From positions 267,158,001-267,222,000 of the forward strand of contig OZ024742.1 of NCBI GenBank assembly GCA_964016885.1: a stretch of 64,000 nt of DNA, read 5' to 3'. Position numbers and translations under genes: made by a program. Of the stretch, positions 1-13,621 are shown piece after piece. Position 1 is the stretch's first letter. Every line of letters starts with the position of its first letter. Origin of the DNA: Eledone cirrhosa (lineage: Eukaryota). The notes beneath the pieces were generated by a model that was given only the letters and a program-made list of their open reading frames with translations, did no database searches and was not told where the DNA came from.

Positions 1-193
1 CTATATATATATATTGAACTTAGTTGAATTCTTCCAAAGAGAGTGGAGAGAAAGAGAGAGAGGAGAAAATAAGAAAGATATATTTATTCGTACTGTATAT
101 CGATATCGAAAGGTAGAAAGGTAAATATAACTTCGGTGTGATTTGAACTGTGGTGCCATATATATAAATATATACGCGCGCAGATACGCACAG

Positions 194-239
<46 letters not shown>

Positions 240-1237
240 GTACATATGTGAAGGGTTACGTATGCTATATTTACTACAGAATACAAATTTACATTCTTTT
301 CACTTGGAAGAGCTTTAGCTTTAGAACAAAATACGTGTAGATAAATTCATATATCTAGGAGCATACTAGCAGTCATTAGAACGTCAGTTTCCTTCACGGT
401 ATTCATCCCTGGCACCACAGTTCAAATCACACCGCAGTTATATTTACCTTTCTACCTTTCGATATCGATAAATACAGTACGAATAAATATATATTTCTTA
501 TTTTCTCCTCCCTCTCTTTCTCCTCTCTCTCTTTGGAAGAAGTCAACTAAGTTCAAACTTAGAGAGGAATGGGCACCGGCATGTTTCAATGTCTATACAA
601 CTCAATAGAGTTCAACCGGCATGTTTCAATGTCTATACAACTCAATAGAGTCATGCTATGCCAGACACTGGCAAGAGCTATAGATTGAGAAAAACAGTCA
701 AGATGATATATACACACATCCTCCTTAACGACATATGATACAGTGAACAGAATTAATACTTCAATCAGGAGTTGGCTGATTTTTTAAATCTCACAGAAGT
801 ACTGTAATTGCCGCAATATGATATCAACGGACAATTTAGATATTTCTTTTATATAATTGAGACATCCAGCATGAAAAATTATTTTCATTACATTTACGAA
901 ATATCTATTCGATAACTAATAATATGGTAGTTTCTTTCTTGGCGTGATTTTTAATATTATACTTTTTTGGCAGACCTCTTAAAGTTTACGGATTCTACAT
1001 TTAGTGTGTTGTTAATTGGTTTTGGTTTTCTTGAAACATCGGACGGTCTCGGACGATTTCAGTTGAGCGACCAATGTGTATGGACTAAAATAGCAACTAC
1101 ACTACTGATCACTGTATCACTGACTGTAGAATGTGAGGTATTTATACATTCTATGTGTTACACGCAAAAGAAAGGATATAAAACATATCAATATTAATTA
1201 TTATGTACATACATCGATACATGCGATATTTTTTACT

Positions 1238-1240
1238 CTT

Positions 1241-1319
<79 letters not shown>

Positions 1320-1625
1320 CTGAGAGGGTCGTGGGGGCAGAGTCCTCAAACCCTCCTTCAGCGGGTCCTGTCAGAACCAAACGTCTCCAACTGACTTGGT
1401 TTGAACCCCAAGCTAGAGCATCCAAACTCAAGGATGTTATCCAAACATCTTGCTCGTGGTCTACACCTGGTTTGCCTGTAATATCTGTCCAGCGATTCTT
1501 TCATAAGACATTCTAACCATATGTCCATAGTATCGGATCTGTTATCTCTCAATTCGGAGAAATAGCGGCTCTACATGGAGTGATTCAACGATCTCCGAGC
1601 CTCGCACACTATTGAGTAACGTTAC
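1238..1625 (-). mobile_element. 3' fragment of RTE-clade (Rex3/Expander-like) LINE with (AAT)n/(AAG)n tail
   Basis: Minus-strand translation SEIVESLHVEPLFLRIER*QIRYYGHM...RCRPRARCLDNILEFGCSSLG resembles the RTE ORF C-terminus (GRPRTRW motif), followed by a simple-repeat tail at 1238-1318. Confidence 0.6.
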
Positions 1626-2144
1626 TTCAAAGACACTTCGGGGGAACAAAAAAGAAAATTTGAACGCACATGGTGAGGAACGTAATATTATGAGGTTACA
1701 TACAGGCCAAGGAAATGCTATGACTAGCAGGGTGTTTGGTCTAAAAAGATGCAGCTCTACCATAACTTATTGTTAGGAGCAGAAGTATATGTATTAAAAT
1801 GTTGATTAATACGGAAAGTTATTAATCATATTGACTGACTAAAATATAGGATAACTATTTTGTATAGGCTAACCATCTTGAATCTATTGTGTCTATTCGT
1901 ATATCATGCATTTATTAAGATGAAAATTTAACTGACGATTGGGTGTTTTATCTTATCGTTCCACCGATTTCTCTTTCAACCATGAAACAGCTGTATAGAA
2001 TAATGAAAACTCGGAATTTTACCATATTTAAGTAAGGTTTTTTTACATGCTATCCGATTTGAAAATAATCGAAATTTTACAATCTACGTACGTTCTGTGA
2101 CTTACTACCCAATTTCTGTCTGGCCATGCACCTATGTATATAAG

Positions 2145-2207
<63 letters not shown>

Positions 2208-2506
2208 AGAATGTATATCGATGGTACGCATCGATCTTATAACAATTCTTCTCTCAGATCTTATGTCAATGCATCTTTATAATCGTACAAACACACACAA
2301 TGTAGATACATTTGTTTAGAAAACCCTTGAATTATTATGTTACTGCTCCCAATGAAAATCGTGTAATTTTATATTAGTAGAGTTGACTTTAGATTCTGAT
2401 AGTGACTATCTGTAGCACTTTGGTTAACCTATACTTTTGTTAGACAAGATTAAAAACCTACTAATCAATATTCTAATACACCACCCACCCACACACACAC
2501 ACACAC

Positions 2507-2584
<78 letters not shown>

Positions 2585-3363
2585 AATTTCAACAATGTCA
2601 GTATTCCGTGTGTCATAATTCTCGATTATCATTGGTTCATAGGTTTCAAACGACGGCGCCCACCTCAACGATGCCAAACTTAAATTAATATGCATAATGC
2701 CAATGAGGGAGTGAGAAGGGAGTGTAAGAAACAGAGAGGCAAAGTGAACGCTGTGTTGGATACACCATGTATATGTCTCAGTGTAGAGACATGTGTGCGT
2801 GTGATGTGTGTGGAAATAAGAGGGGAAGGAAAGCAATAACTATTAACATGTACGTGCGCGTATGTTTAAGTGTGTGGGGGTGCGTGCACCGTTCCACAGG
2901 AAGTAAAAACTATCAACATGTGTGTGAGTGTGTGCGTGTGTGTAAGTGTACGGGTGCGTGTGTAAGTTTGCGTGCGTCGCTTCTGATTGCGGTGGTAATA
3001 AAATCTTATTATATGCTGAGTCTGGCAAAAAGGTTGGATCCTATAGCCGGCCAGGGCTAGAGTAATATTGAAAAATGATTCTATTTTTGAAGTAGAAGGA
3101 TCCGCCATTTGGATTTCAATCCAGGCTACCTCCCCGAGTTAAACTCTGGGCAACAATGACTGTCTATTACTCAGTGGCTAAGAGTCTGGAAATTACAGAA
3201 TACATTTTTGTGTCATATAATTTGTTGTTTTATTATCATAGTTGATCACTTATATATAAGCATGTTATCCATATCCATATTAATTTGGCATTTGTATAAA
3301 CTATTTCAAGTAAATAGGGACCTTTTTTACATTGACGGACATCTTTTATATTAATTTTCTACA

Positions 3364-3717
3364 TCTATATCTACATATAATATAAAAGATTGGAACTTCC
3401 ATTTTCCTTTTGAGAAACGTGGAACAACCACCTCTATGCAATGATACAGGTTTTACAGCCAGGCAGAAGATGAACCATCTCCTAGAGGTCGCTATTCTAG
3501 GTGGGAGCACCTAGAATTGTTTATATACTATGCATAAACCGTACAACTAAGAATCTGGTATATCTGGAAGATGTTTTTACTGTTTTTTTGTATCACACAG
3601 ACACCACGGACTCGCCTCATACTTTAACCAGACAAACATCCAATACAGTCATTTTTTCTTTTACCTGTCTTCTCTTATCATCTGTTTACCCGGGCGAAGC
3701 TGGGTACGTCAGCTAGT
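3364..3717 (+). mobile_element. Non-autonomous Helitron
   Basis: 5' TCTATATCTACATATAATATAAAAG; 3' GC-rich hairpin CCCGGGCGAAGCTGGG followed by CTAG|T. Confidence 0.55.
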
Positions 3718-4075
3718 ATATATATATATATATATATATATTGGTGCCGGAGTAGCAAGAGCTCGGCAGTTGGGATCCAACTCTCTAATTTATATATATA
3801 AGGGTTTATTCGACATACGATGATTGCAATTCGATATCTTTGCTTACCATTTGTTCAACAAATCCTTTTGGAGCACACGCACAGGATGTAAGGCAACAGT
3901 CCGCGCCAGGAACCGCTGCACTGAAACAACGGGAAATTAATGGTTCAGAAGATTAACGCATGAAAACGTGAAAGTATTCACAATTTCTACAATTTGTAAT
4001 AACCAGTATCTTCTTTGTTTAGCACATACATTACCAGGATAGAAATATATATAGTCATATATTTAATATAGAAAT

Positions 4076-4126
4076 GGCTTCTGCAGGACTAGAACTGTTT
4101 CATTCGGGAGAAATCATCAGGAAGCC
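4076..4126 (-). ncRNA. Type I hammerhead ribozyme motif, family A (triplet mutated to GCA)
   Basis: Minus strand: GGCTTC-CTGATGA-TTTCTCCCGAAT-GAAA-CAG TTCTAGTC CTG-CA-GAAGCC. A related fragment at about 40560-40601 keeps the GTA triplet. Confidence 0.65.
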
Positions 4127-4239
4127 GACTGTACAAATGTAGTTATACATTTTCTGGTGGTAGAAGAGGGTGATGATTGGGATAGGTGGAAGGTCCTAAA
4201 AAAATCCACTCGAGAAAATATCCCATCTCATCTCACCAG

Positions 4240-5110
4240 CGCATTCCTAACACCGTCTTCCTTTCCCTCTCACCTACCACCCCATCACCCTACCACCCCG
4301 GCAACATATCCTCCGTTCCTCCCGCACCCTCTCTTCTGAGCCCGTCACATCTTGCTTTTTTCCAAACCCACCCATTACCGCATTTAAGCACACCCGTAAC
4401 CTCCGTGACCTCCTGGTATGCAGTTCCTTCTCGTCCTCTCCTACGACTCCCCCAGGCTCACATCCTTGTTCTCGTCCCCGCTGCTACACTTGTCCCTTTA
4501 TTTCCACCCTCACCACGCTCACAGGCCATAACGGATCATTCCGTATCTGCCACTCCTTCACCTGAACCTCCACCTCAACCTCCATGGTCAGAAACATATT
4601 CTCTTACAACTAATACAGACCGACAAACGATGCACACTCCACCTTTCCCTTCACAGCTCTGTATACACTCATATACACCCTTATATTAACATACTATTGC
4701 TCATAGCTTCGTACTTACAGGCACACACACACTCTTTTACATACATATACACACACATTTCTTCTTAGCTTCGTACGGACGTACACACACACAGATACAC
4801 ACATGCATACGCACGCGCACAAATATAGCTCTCTTTACGAAACGTTTTTTTTTCTCATCTGAGGTAGACGCGCTCCATCATCCATTTATCTAAAATAAAA
4901 TCATACACAAAACGCCAGCATCAACAATTTTCCAAGAGATGTCAACATAAATGGACCTGTTATTTTTATCTAAATACATTTTTTTCCAATTTCACCCGTC
5001 CATTCAATCTATCTTATTTTTCATTTTTTTTTCTGGTGAAGGACTAGCGTCCGAAATGTTAAGATCCTCTTCTGCCATTTCAAGCGTTAACCTAATATAT
5101 TCCTTCCATA
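4240..5110 (+). mobile_element. Penelope-like element remnant (RT-EN linker plus 3' region)
   Basis: Translates RLPFPLTYHP...PITAFKHTRNLRDLLV...PGSHPCSRPRCYTCPFI, typical PLE linker motifs; ends in a hammerhead-like motif near 5030. Confidence 0.7.
5028..5065 (+). ncRNA. Degenerate minimal hammerhead motif, family B, at PLE 3' end
   Basis: CTGGTGA-A-GGAC TAGC GTCC-GAAA-TG-TTA; core A6 changed to G, weak stem I. Confidence 0.45.
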
Positions 5111-5274
5111 TACTGTACGGATTGTGTTGCTATTTCTGTTTACTTTTTGCATACATCATGCGTGCGTGTGTGTTTGTGTGTGTGCGCCATTATTCGCTTG
5201 AAATAAATGAGATACTATGGAGATGAGATCATCTCAAAGAAGGAGGTGTATATATGTATCTTTTCTTTTTTAAG

Positions 5275-5515
5275 CCAGAAGGCTCATTTGGCCGGTGCCT
5301 ATCCCAGTTTCATGGAGTGAATCGACTGAGAGTACACGTCTCCCCCCTGGACAGGACGCCAGTCCACCGCAGAGTTAAACCTCCATCTATTGCTGGTACT
5401 CATTTCCAGCTGAGTATACTGGAGCAACGTGAAATGAAGTGTTTTGCTTAAGAACACAACACGCAACCCAGGAATCGAGCCCACGGCATTATGATCGTAA
5501 GTCCAACACCCTCGA
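5275..5515 (-). mobile_element. tRNA-derived SINE with V/CORE-like central domain
   Basis: Minus strand B-box-like GGCTCGATTCC, then CTTAAGCAAAACACTTCATTTCACGTTGCTCCAG...AATGAGTACC; related fragment at about 43805-43907. Confidence 0.6.
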
Positions 5516-5574
5516 GGACCTCGATTTTCAGCCCCATGGATTTTATCTATTACATTCACGTATTATATTTCGAA

Positions 5575-5630
5575 TACCTGATGATATCACCGGATTCATA
5601 CGGAACCCGGTCATTGAAATGATCATAGTA
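5575..5630 (+). ncRNA. Minimal type I hammerhead ribozyme, family C
   Basis: TAC-CTGATGA-stem II (ACCGG.TTC/GAA.CCGGT)-GAAA-TGATCA (palindrome)-TA-GTA. Confidence 0.75.
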
Positions 5631-5679
5631 CAATAAACCTTTCAAGGATTTACACAAATCCAGCCTACTGTCATTTCAT

Positions 5680-6306
<627 letters not shown>

Positions 6307-6350
6307 AAGTTAAATAAAAGTCAAATGATTAAAATTTAGCTTCGTTTATT

Positions 6351-6405
6351 ACTGCTATATATATTTCATTAACAGCCATCTTTGGCTGTGACCTCTTCAG
6401 GCAGT
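6351..6405 (-). ncRNA. Type I hammerhead, family D, left arm
   Basis: Reverse complement of the 6936-6990 motif with intact CTGAAGA and GAAA cores. Confidence 0.75.
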
Positions 6406-6935
6406 TTGAATTAGTATGGTATAGACAAGTACATATGTTGTTTAGGTGTATGGTATTGTCAATACTCTGATATGCCCAGTTCCTTGTTGGGTTGTTAATT
6501 CACTGTGGAACTGGAGTCATATGAATTCAAACAAACGAATTTTAGTGTCACAGGTCCCCTTTTCCTCTCATTGGTCAGTTATTAGTGTTGTCATTGTTGG
6601 AGTTAGCTTAAAAATTGATAAAATGGTAGAAGGGACAAGGTGTTGAAGGAACAAAATATCAAAATATCAACAATTTTTTTGATATTTTGTTCCTTCAACA
6701 CCTTGTCCCTTCTACCATTTTATCAATTTTTAAGCTAACTCCAACAATGACAACACTAATAACTGACCAATGAGAGGAAAAGGGGACCTGTGACACTAAA
6801 ATTCGTTTGTTTGAATTCATATGACTCCAGTTCCCCAGTGAATTAACAACCCAACAAGGAACTGGGCATATCAGAGTATTGACAATATCATACACCTAAA
6901 CAACATATGTACTTGTCTATACCATACTAATTCAA

Positions 6936-6990
6936 ACTGCCTGAAGAGGTCACAGCCAAAGATGGCTGTCACTGAAATATATATAGCAGT
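6936..6990 (+). ncRNA. Type I hammerhead, family D, right arm
   Basis: ACTGC-CTGAAGA-GGTCACAGCCA AAGA TGGCTGTCACT-GAAA-TATATA-TA-GCAGT. Confidence 0.85.
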
Positions 6991-7136
6991 AATAAACGAA
7001 GCTAAATTTTAATCATTTGACTTTTATTTAACTTTATTTTACACTACTCCGGAGTAACCAAACCAACCTGCGCACTTCGTCGAGTGCTCCAGCCTGCATA
7101 CTGAGGCGTTGGTATACAACCGACATAAACTCAAAA

Positions 7137-7234
<98 letters not shown>

Positions 7235-7235
7235 C

Positions 7236-7317
<82 letters not shown>

Positions 7318-7319
<2 letters not shown>

Positions 7320-7873
7320 GCTGCCAACTCGTTTTCGAGTACGGCCACTACTTTATATCCATGTAGGAGAACCCCTACCGATGCACTGAACGAGTGTGAC
7401 TTTTTAGTCCAGCCACCGACTTGAAAACTCTGGTACAAACACTACACTTGTGACAATTATTGACACATAGTGCTGGACCCATGGTACCATGTGACGACAA
7501 GTGCAGAGAGATCTCCAGATATAAAGCAATGCCTGTGCCGTGAAGCTTTTATAGTGAGCAAAGGCACTGCACAAAGCCAGTCCCACTCTCTTAACCAATA
7601 TGATATTTACCAAAAAGAAGAACAAGTCAACATCATTGGATACCATCTGGGTTGCAGGTGTTATATCAGAGTTTTCCTTCTCGTAGAATTCTGCCTTGAC
7701 AAAGGCTAAGGGGTCATCTCTCCCGGTGATTTTGGATGGCCATTGACTCTTAAGAGCACCTTTGCCCTTTGACAGGTTTTGTTTTTAGTCCTGCAGGATG
7801 TCCAAAGTCACGCTCCTCACCAAGAAACCTTGGTGGAGCTGCCAGTTTAGTCGCCAACGACCCGACCATGAGA
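7318..7873 (-). mobile_element. RTE-related non-coding repeat (5' UTR-like or RTE-derived SINE)
   Basis: Homologous to about 25415-25892 (-) and 34718-35015 (+); contains AGAAGGAAAACTCTGATAT, a motif seen in RTE 5' regions. Confidence 0.45.
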
Positions 7874-7886
7874 CATATATATATAC

Positions 7887-8053
<167 letters not shown>

Positions 8054-8068
8054 CATATATATATATAC

Positions 8069-8101
<33 letters not shown>

Positions 8102-8123
8102 GATATATATATATAGATACATA

Positions 8124-8222
<99 letters not shown>

Positions 8223-8281
8223 ATAATAATAAATTTGAAGACTAAAATCCAAAGAGGGCTCGATAAGGATAAATATATATC

Positions 8282-10700
8282 AAATATATAAGAACCGTAG
8301 AGCAAATATTTATTATAATAACAGATTAAAGTTTAAGCAAAGAATCGCTGCTTTCACCCTTAACGGTATCTTAGAGCTATCAATTTCGCTAAAACACTCG
8401 CAGTGGTTAAGGATTTCGAAGTTGATGTCATCCTCAATACCCGAAAGTCGGTGATTAATTTCGACGACTCTATTTGGATTAAAAAATACAATAGTACCCC
8501 CATTGGACGTGAGCATGGGCGCCAGTGATTTTGCGGAGGTTACTGATCTTATCGGCCTTTTCCTCCTTTTCTCTATCAAGGAACGAATTCCCCAACGCGG
8601 GCTGTGGTTTGTACCGTGATGATGGTATTTTGAAAATGACTAAGTGCGGACCTCGTGCTTGCGACAGGTTCAGAAAAGAACTCACAGCCTTCTTTAAAGG
8701 TTTCAACCTCTCTATACAGGTTGAGGCCAATCTCTCGGTCGTTAATTACCTCGACGTTACCCTCATTTTATCGAATGGGTTGTATTACCCGTATAGAAAG
8801 CCGAATGATACGCTTAATTACATAAGTAAGCATTCCAACCATCCTGCCAGCATAACCAAGAACCTGGTAAGAAACGTTTCGTTGAGGCTTTCCCGTCTTT
8901 CCACCAACGAGCGTATTTTCAACGACCATTCCACTTATTACAATGAAGCTCTTGCTCGAAGTAGATTTGTCGATAAGGTAGCATATACGGAGTACGAAAA
9001 TAGACCTAGAAGAAATAGATCCCGTCGCATTTGTTGGTATAACCCACCATATAATATGGAGGTGGCCACACCATTAGCTAAGATCTTTCTTTCCCTTATT
9101 ACGAAGCATTTTCCCCCTACACATAAATATAGTAACATTTTTAATAGAAATACTATTAAAATTTCTTACTCTACGACTCCTAACCTTGCACATAACATCT
9201 CAGCTTCAAATTTAGCTAAACTACCTAGCCGTAAGAACACGTGCAACCCTGTAGTTAGTACTAACTGTAATTGTAGGAATCGAGTTGATTGCCCCCTATC
9301 CGGGAAATGCCTCTCTAGTAACATTCTCTACAAATGTGAGGTCGTAATACCCACGTCCCGTAGGGCCTACATAGGGTTAACCGCCAATAGATTCAAGCAG
9401 CGTCTTTACATGCATACTCATTCTTTTCGTTACCCTCTAAGAAGGAATATGACGTCACTTTCAGCTTATATCTGGAGTCTAAAAGACAACCACACCCAAT
9501 ATAAGTTACACTGGGAGATCCTAGCTAGGGCTAGATCGTATAACGGAAATAAAAGACCATGTGACTTCTGCGCCGCTGAGGCCCTGGAAATACTCTACGC
9601 CACAGACCACATCTTAAACAAAAAATCTGAGGCGTTTTCGGCTTGTAAACATAAATTGCACAAAACTTTCCTGTATTACAGCCCTACGTTATACCCTAAC
9701 GGATAGTACGATCTATACGTGGATATTTTACGTCTTGATATGGGAGCTAAGTATATGTTTTGTTTATACCATTACTTATTTGCATAGGTAAGTATATATT
9801 AACCGTATCTTTTGTGAAGGTACGTATATTTGATTGTTTATGTTATGGCGTATAATTTTATATATTCTGGTACATATGGTTTGGCTATGTGTATACGGGA
9901 GTTTCGCGTCTGTGTGAGTATGCAGGTTCGTACGTATGTAGGCTGTGTGTATATGTGTACTTCATGTTTTGGTTGACTTATGTCTCCGAATATTCGTGTA
10001 TTTACATGTAGGTATGTGTGTGCGCTTGTTATATACGTATTTATTTATTTATATACGTTTATATATTTATTTATTTATTTGTATACACGCATACACACAC
10101 ACACATATTTATATGTGCATGGTTTTGTATACCTATGGTAAGTTTGTGCGTATGCTTGTGTATGTACGTATTTGTTTGCGTGTATGTATTTATTTATTTC
10201 TATTACTTCTGTATTGTATTTATTTACTGTGTTCTTAACTTTGTAGCGGAGATTCATTCGGTCTCCTAGTTAAAATTTTAGTCTACGACTTCTGCTATAC
10301 CATTTACTTGGTTTTGTCTTTGCGTGCTATTGTTCTCCACGCTCCACTTATGACGTATTATCTTCGTTTTTTTCGTTCAATGCCAGAGAACGTCTCTATG
10401 AACCACCTAAGAGAACATTAGTCTACGACCTCTTTTATACCATTAACGTGGTTCTGTCTTTGCGCGTAATTGTTTTTCACCGCTCCTATTAATGACGTAT
10501 TATATTCGTTTTTTCCCGTTCTTTGCCAGGGAACGTTTCCACGAACCAAAGTATCGTCTTCCTGTCTTACTCCGGTTGCAACGTTTTTTGAAATATCCAC
10601 TTCTGCGTTTACAGATTCACTTTGTTAATTTCAGAAGATCCCGTTAAGGGTGAAAGCAGCGATTCTTTGCTTAAACTTTAATCTGTTATTTTAATAAATA
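8282..10700 (+). mobile_element. 5'-truncated Penelope-like retroelement with inverted 5' pseudo-LTR
   Basis: RT plus GIY-YIG coding region; 8304-8372 is the reverse complement of 10635-10700; (TA)n on both sides; 140-bp tandem duplication in 3' UTR (10278-10548). Confidence 0.9.
8373..9706 (+). pseudogene. Penelope RT / GIY-YIG endonuclease, truncated and frameshifted near 8560
   Basis: DVSMGASDFAEVTDLIGL, GLYRDDG (YxDD), VNYLDVTL, YRKP, SNHP, WYNPPY, KISYS, CNCRNRVDCPL, ILYKC...AYIGLT...FKQR. Confidence 0.9.
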
Positions 10701-10717
10701 TATATATATATATATAT

Positions 10718-10953
10718 TTCGTTTCTGAATTTGTTTAGCAAGATTCTTTATCTGAAAACGTGTGTCGAAACCGATATTTTATACTTTGGGAGGGTCATGT
10801 TGCCAATAAGAAACACACGCACCAGTTGATTTCACTTCAATTTATTATAATAAATTTATAAATTCAGGAATTTATAAATTAATTATAATAATTTGAAGTG
10901 AAAGCAACTGGTGCGTGCGTTTCCTATTTGCAACATGACCCTCCCAAAGTATA

Positions 10954-10957
<4 letters not shown>
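10718..10957. repeat. Short foldback sharing the tail sequence of family M element
   Basis: 10778-10870 inverted with 10868-10957; same sequence as 49838-49985 and 50480-50570. Confidence 0.75.
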
Positions 10958-11034
<77 letters not shown>

Positions 11035-11052
11035 CATATGTATATATATATG

Positions 11053-11153
<101 letters not shown>

Positions 11154-11166
11154 GTATATATATATG

Positions 11167-11236
<70 letters not shown>

Positions 11237-11262
11237 GATAGATAGATAGATAGATAGATAGA

Positions 11263-12814
11263 TTTCTTTATTAGACACAGGGGCACAAAAAAAGGGGACA
11301 AATACAAAGGGGGAAGTTTACATACAATAAAAACGTGTAAAATGTTATCACAGATGGAATTTAAAAGTTAGTCGATTTTCCCCAATAGAGGGAGACAGTT
11401 TATATGGGTAACACATACCCCCCCCCAAAAAAAAAAATGTGCAACCCTCATCTCCAGGAGTACGAAGAGCTTGTACTCCTTTCCTCTCCTCCCCCTTTTC
11501 CTCAACCTACAGGCTGATATAGAGAGAAGGCCCATTCACTCGGGCCATTCTCGCCACTTTCACCCACCTTTCATAAAACTTGCTGGGGTACAGCACCTCT
11601 CTCTCCATCCTGATTCTTCTTCCAAAGTGGTATTTGAAAAAAAGAATCAGTTGTTGGCCGGAGAGAAAGGTGTCTGACCTCAGCCCTTTCAACCTTGTCC
11701 ACCATACAACCTCTTTCGCCATAGCTATCACACAAAGAAAACCGCCTCTCCTTCGTTTTTGAAGGAGGGTGGCGGTTTGATCATGACAATGGACTCGGTG
11801 GTCAACTGGATTGGTCCCACCCGCGACAATAGTCGTTCTATATAGCCCCACAGGTCAGTGACGCCCGGGCAGTGTATGAATGCGTGCGCGACGGTTTCTT
11901 CGTCTCGCACGCACCTCGGACAGATCTTTTTTGCAGGGTCCCTGCCCGGGCGCCCATGTCTGTAGAGCTTGTCTCGAACTGGTAGAGCTCCTCGGTAGCA
12001 CTGCCAGGCCAGGGACTTTTGGAAGTTGTCCATCGGTCCCGGGCGGAAGGTCCTACCGAACAGACTGGCCAGTTCATCTTCCTCTACGCCTAGAGTTTCA
12101 CCGAGCGCGTCGTCGCACTTGCTGCGGACCAACCCTCTATAGAATGACGAAGTGGAGTCTCCACTGATCGCCGGGTCCGCCTGCCAGAGGGCTGTGAGCG
12201 CCTGAGCACACTCGATGTGCCAGTCGCCCATTTTCCTCGGTCTCTGCTTGACCCAGGACTGCAGCTCGGTCAGCGAGACGAGTCGTGGGAAGGCTCGCCT
12301 CACGAACGGGGCCCACACCGGTTGTCCGGTGAGGAATACGTAGAGATGCCGCCGTCTGAGCGCGTGTTTTCGCATCGTCAACCACGGCATCCCCAGCCCT
12401 CCGTTAGAAGGGTGTTGGCAGCAGATGGATCTTCTCACCAAAGGAGCCCGTCTCTTCCAAAGGAATCGGAAGACCGCGCGCTCCATTTTGGCGAGCGTTT
12501 TGGCTGGACAAGGCACGACGGTCAAGCGGTAGTAGATGGCGGACGCTATAAAAGTGTTCGCCACCTCCGCTCGACCTTTCAAGGATAGTTTGCACTCGGC
12601 CCACTTCATTCCAGTTCTTCTCCACCTGGAGGTCCGGACCAAACCAGACCCCGAGCAGCTTTACCGGTCCTTCTGTCCAGCGTCCGACGACGCCATCGGA
12701 AGGCATCGGTCTGCCTCTCCACGATCCGTGTTGCAAACCGATGGACTTGTCCCGGTTCAGCTTCGCTCCTGTGAGACTTTCGTATTCCTTTAGTAAGGTG
12801 CCGACTTCCTCGAT
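11263..12814 (-). mobile_element. 5'-truncated Tx1/L1-clade LINE (second subfamily) with internal deletion near 12603
   Basis: ORF 11728..12642 is highly similar to the ORF2 C-terminus at 14690..17794; 3' end AATAAAGAAA abuts (TCTA)n. Confidence 0.9.
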
Positions 12815-12837
12815 ATATATATATATAGATAGATATA

Positions 12838-13586
12838 TTTCTTTTATTTGCCACTAGGGCATCAAAAGTGGGACAAGTACAAAGGGGGGAGTTTACACAA
12901 AAAGGCGTCCTCAATAAGGAGGAGGCAATAACAAAATATAAAAATAAAATAAGATATAACAAAAAATAAAATTTTTAACAAAATCCTCAATAGAGAGGAG
13001 GCGCCTTGGGGGGTCGCACACACCCCCGAAAAAAGTGTGCAACCCTTCTCCTCAGGAGCACAGAGAAGGGGTGCTCCCTTGGTCTTTCATCTTCCTCACC
13101 TATAGTCTGATGTAGAGTGAAGGCCCATTCACACGGGCCATTCTCGCCACTTTCACCCATCTTTCATAGAAACGGCTGGGGTGCAGCACCTCTCTCTCCA
13201 TCCTGATCCTTCTTCCGAAATGATATCGGAAGAAACGGACCAGTTGTTGGCCAGAGAGAAAGGTGCCTGACCTCAGTCCTTTCAGACGCGTCCACCATAC
13301 AACCTCTTTCGCCATGGCTATTACGCACAGAAACACCGCCTCTGCTTCATCTTTGAAGGGGGGAGGCGGCTTGATCATTACAATAGACTCGGTGGTCAAC
13401 CGGATCGGTCCCACCCTTGACAGCAGTTGTTCGACATAGCCCCACAGATCGGCTACGCCCGAGCAGTGTACCAATGCGTGTGCAACGGTTTCCTCGTCGC
13501 ACACGCATCTGGGACAGATCTTTTTGGCGGGGTCCCTACCCGGGCGCCCGTGTCTGTAGAGCCTTTCTCGAACGGGTAAAGCCCCT
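12838..13586 (-). mobile_element. 5'-truncated Tx1/L1-clade LINE (ORF2 C-terminus plus 3' UTR)
   Basis: CPRC...HALVHC zinc motif to stop at 13100; 13473-13586 matches 14730-14843; 3' end AATAAAAGAAA; 5' junction in (TATC)n. Confidence 0.9.

Positions 13587-13619
<33 letters not shown>

Positions 13620-13621
<2 letters not shown>

Noticed and set aside
6446-6895. Mirror-image 66-aa ORFs (also 46843..47061, 51461/54263, 58722/59590)
   Set aside because: By-products of inverted repeats; mostly non-ATG starts and no protein motifs
10748-10780. CTGAAAA...GAAA hammerhead-like text in the family M tail
   Set aside because: Core lacks G8, stem II does not pair, and the 49870 copy differs
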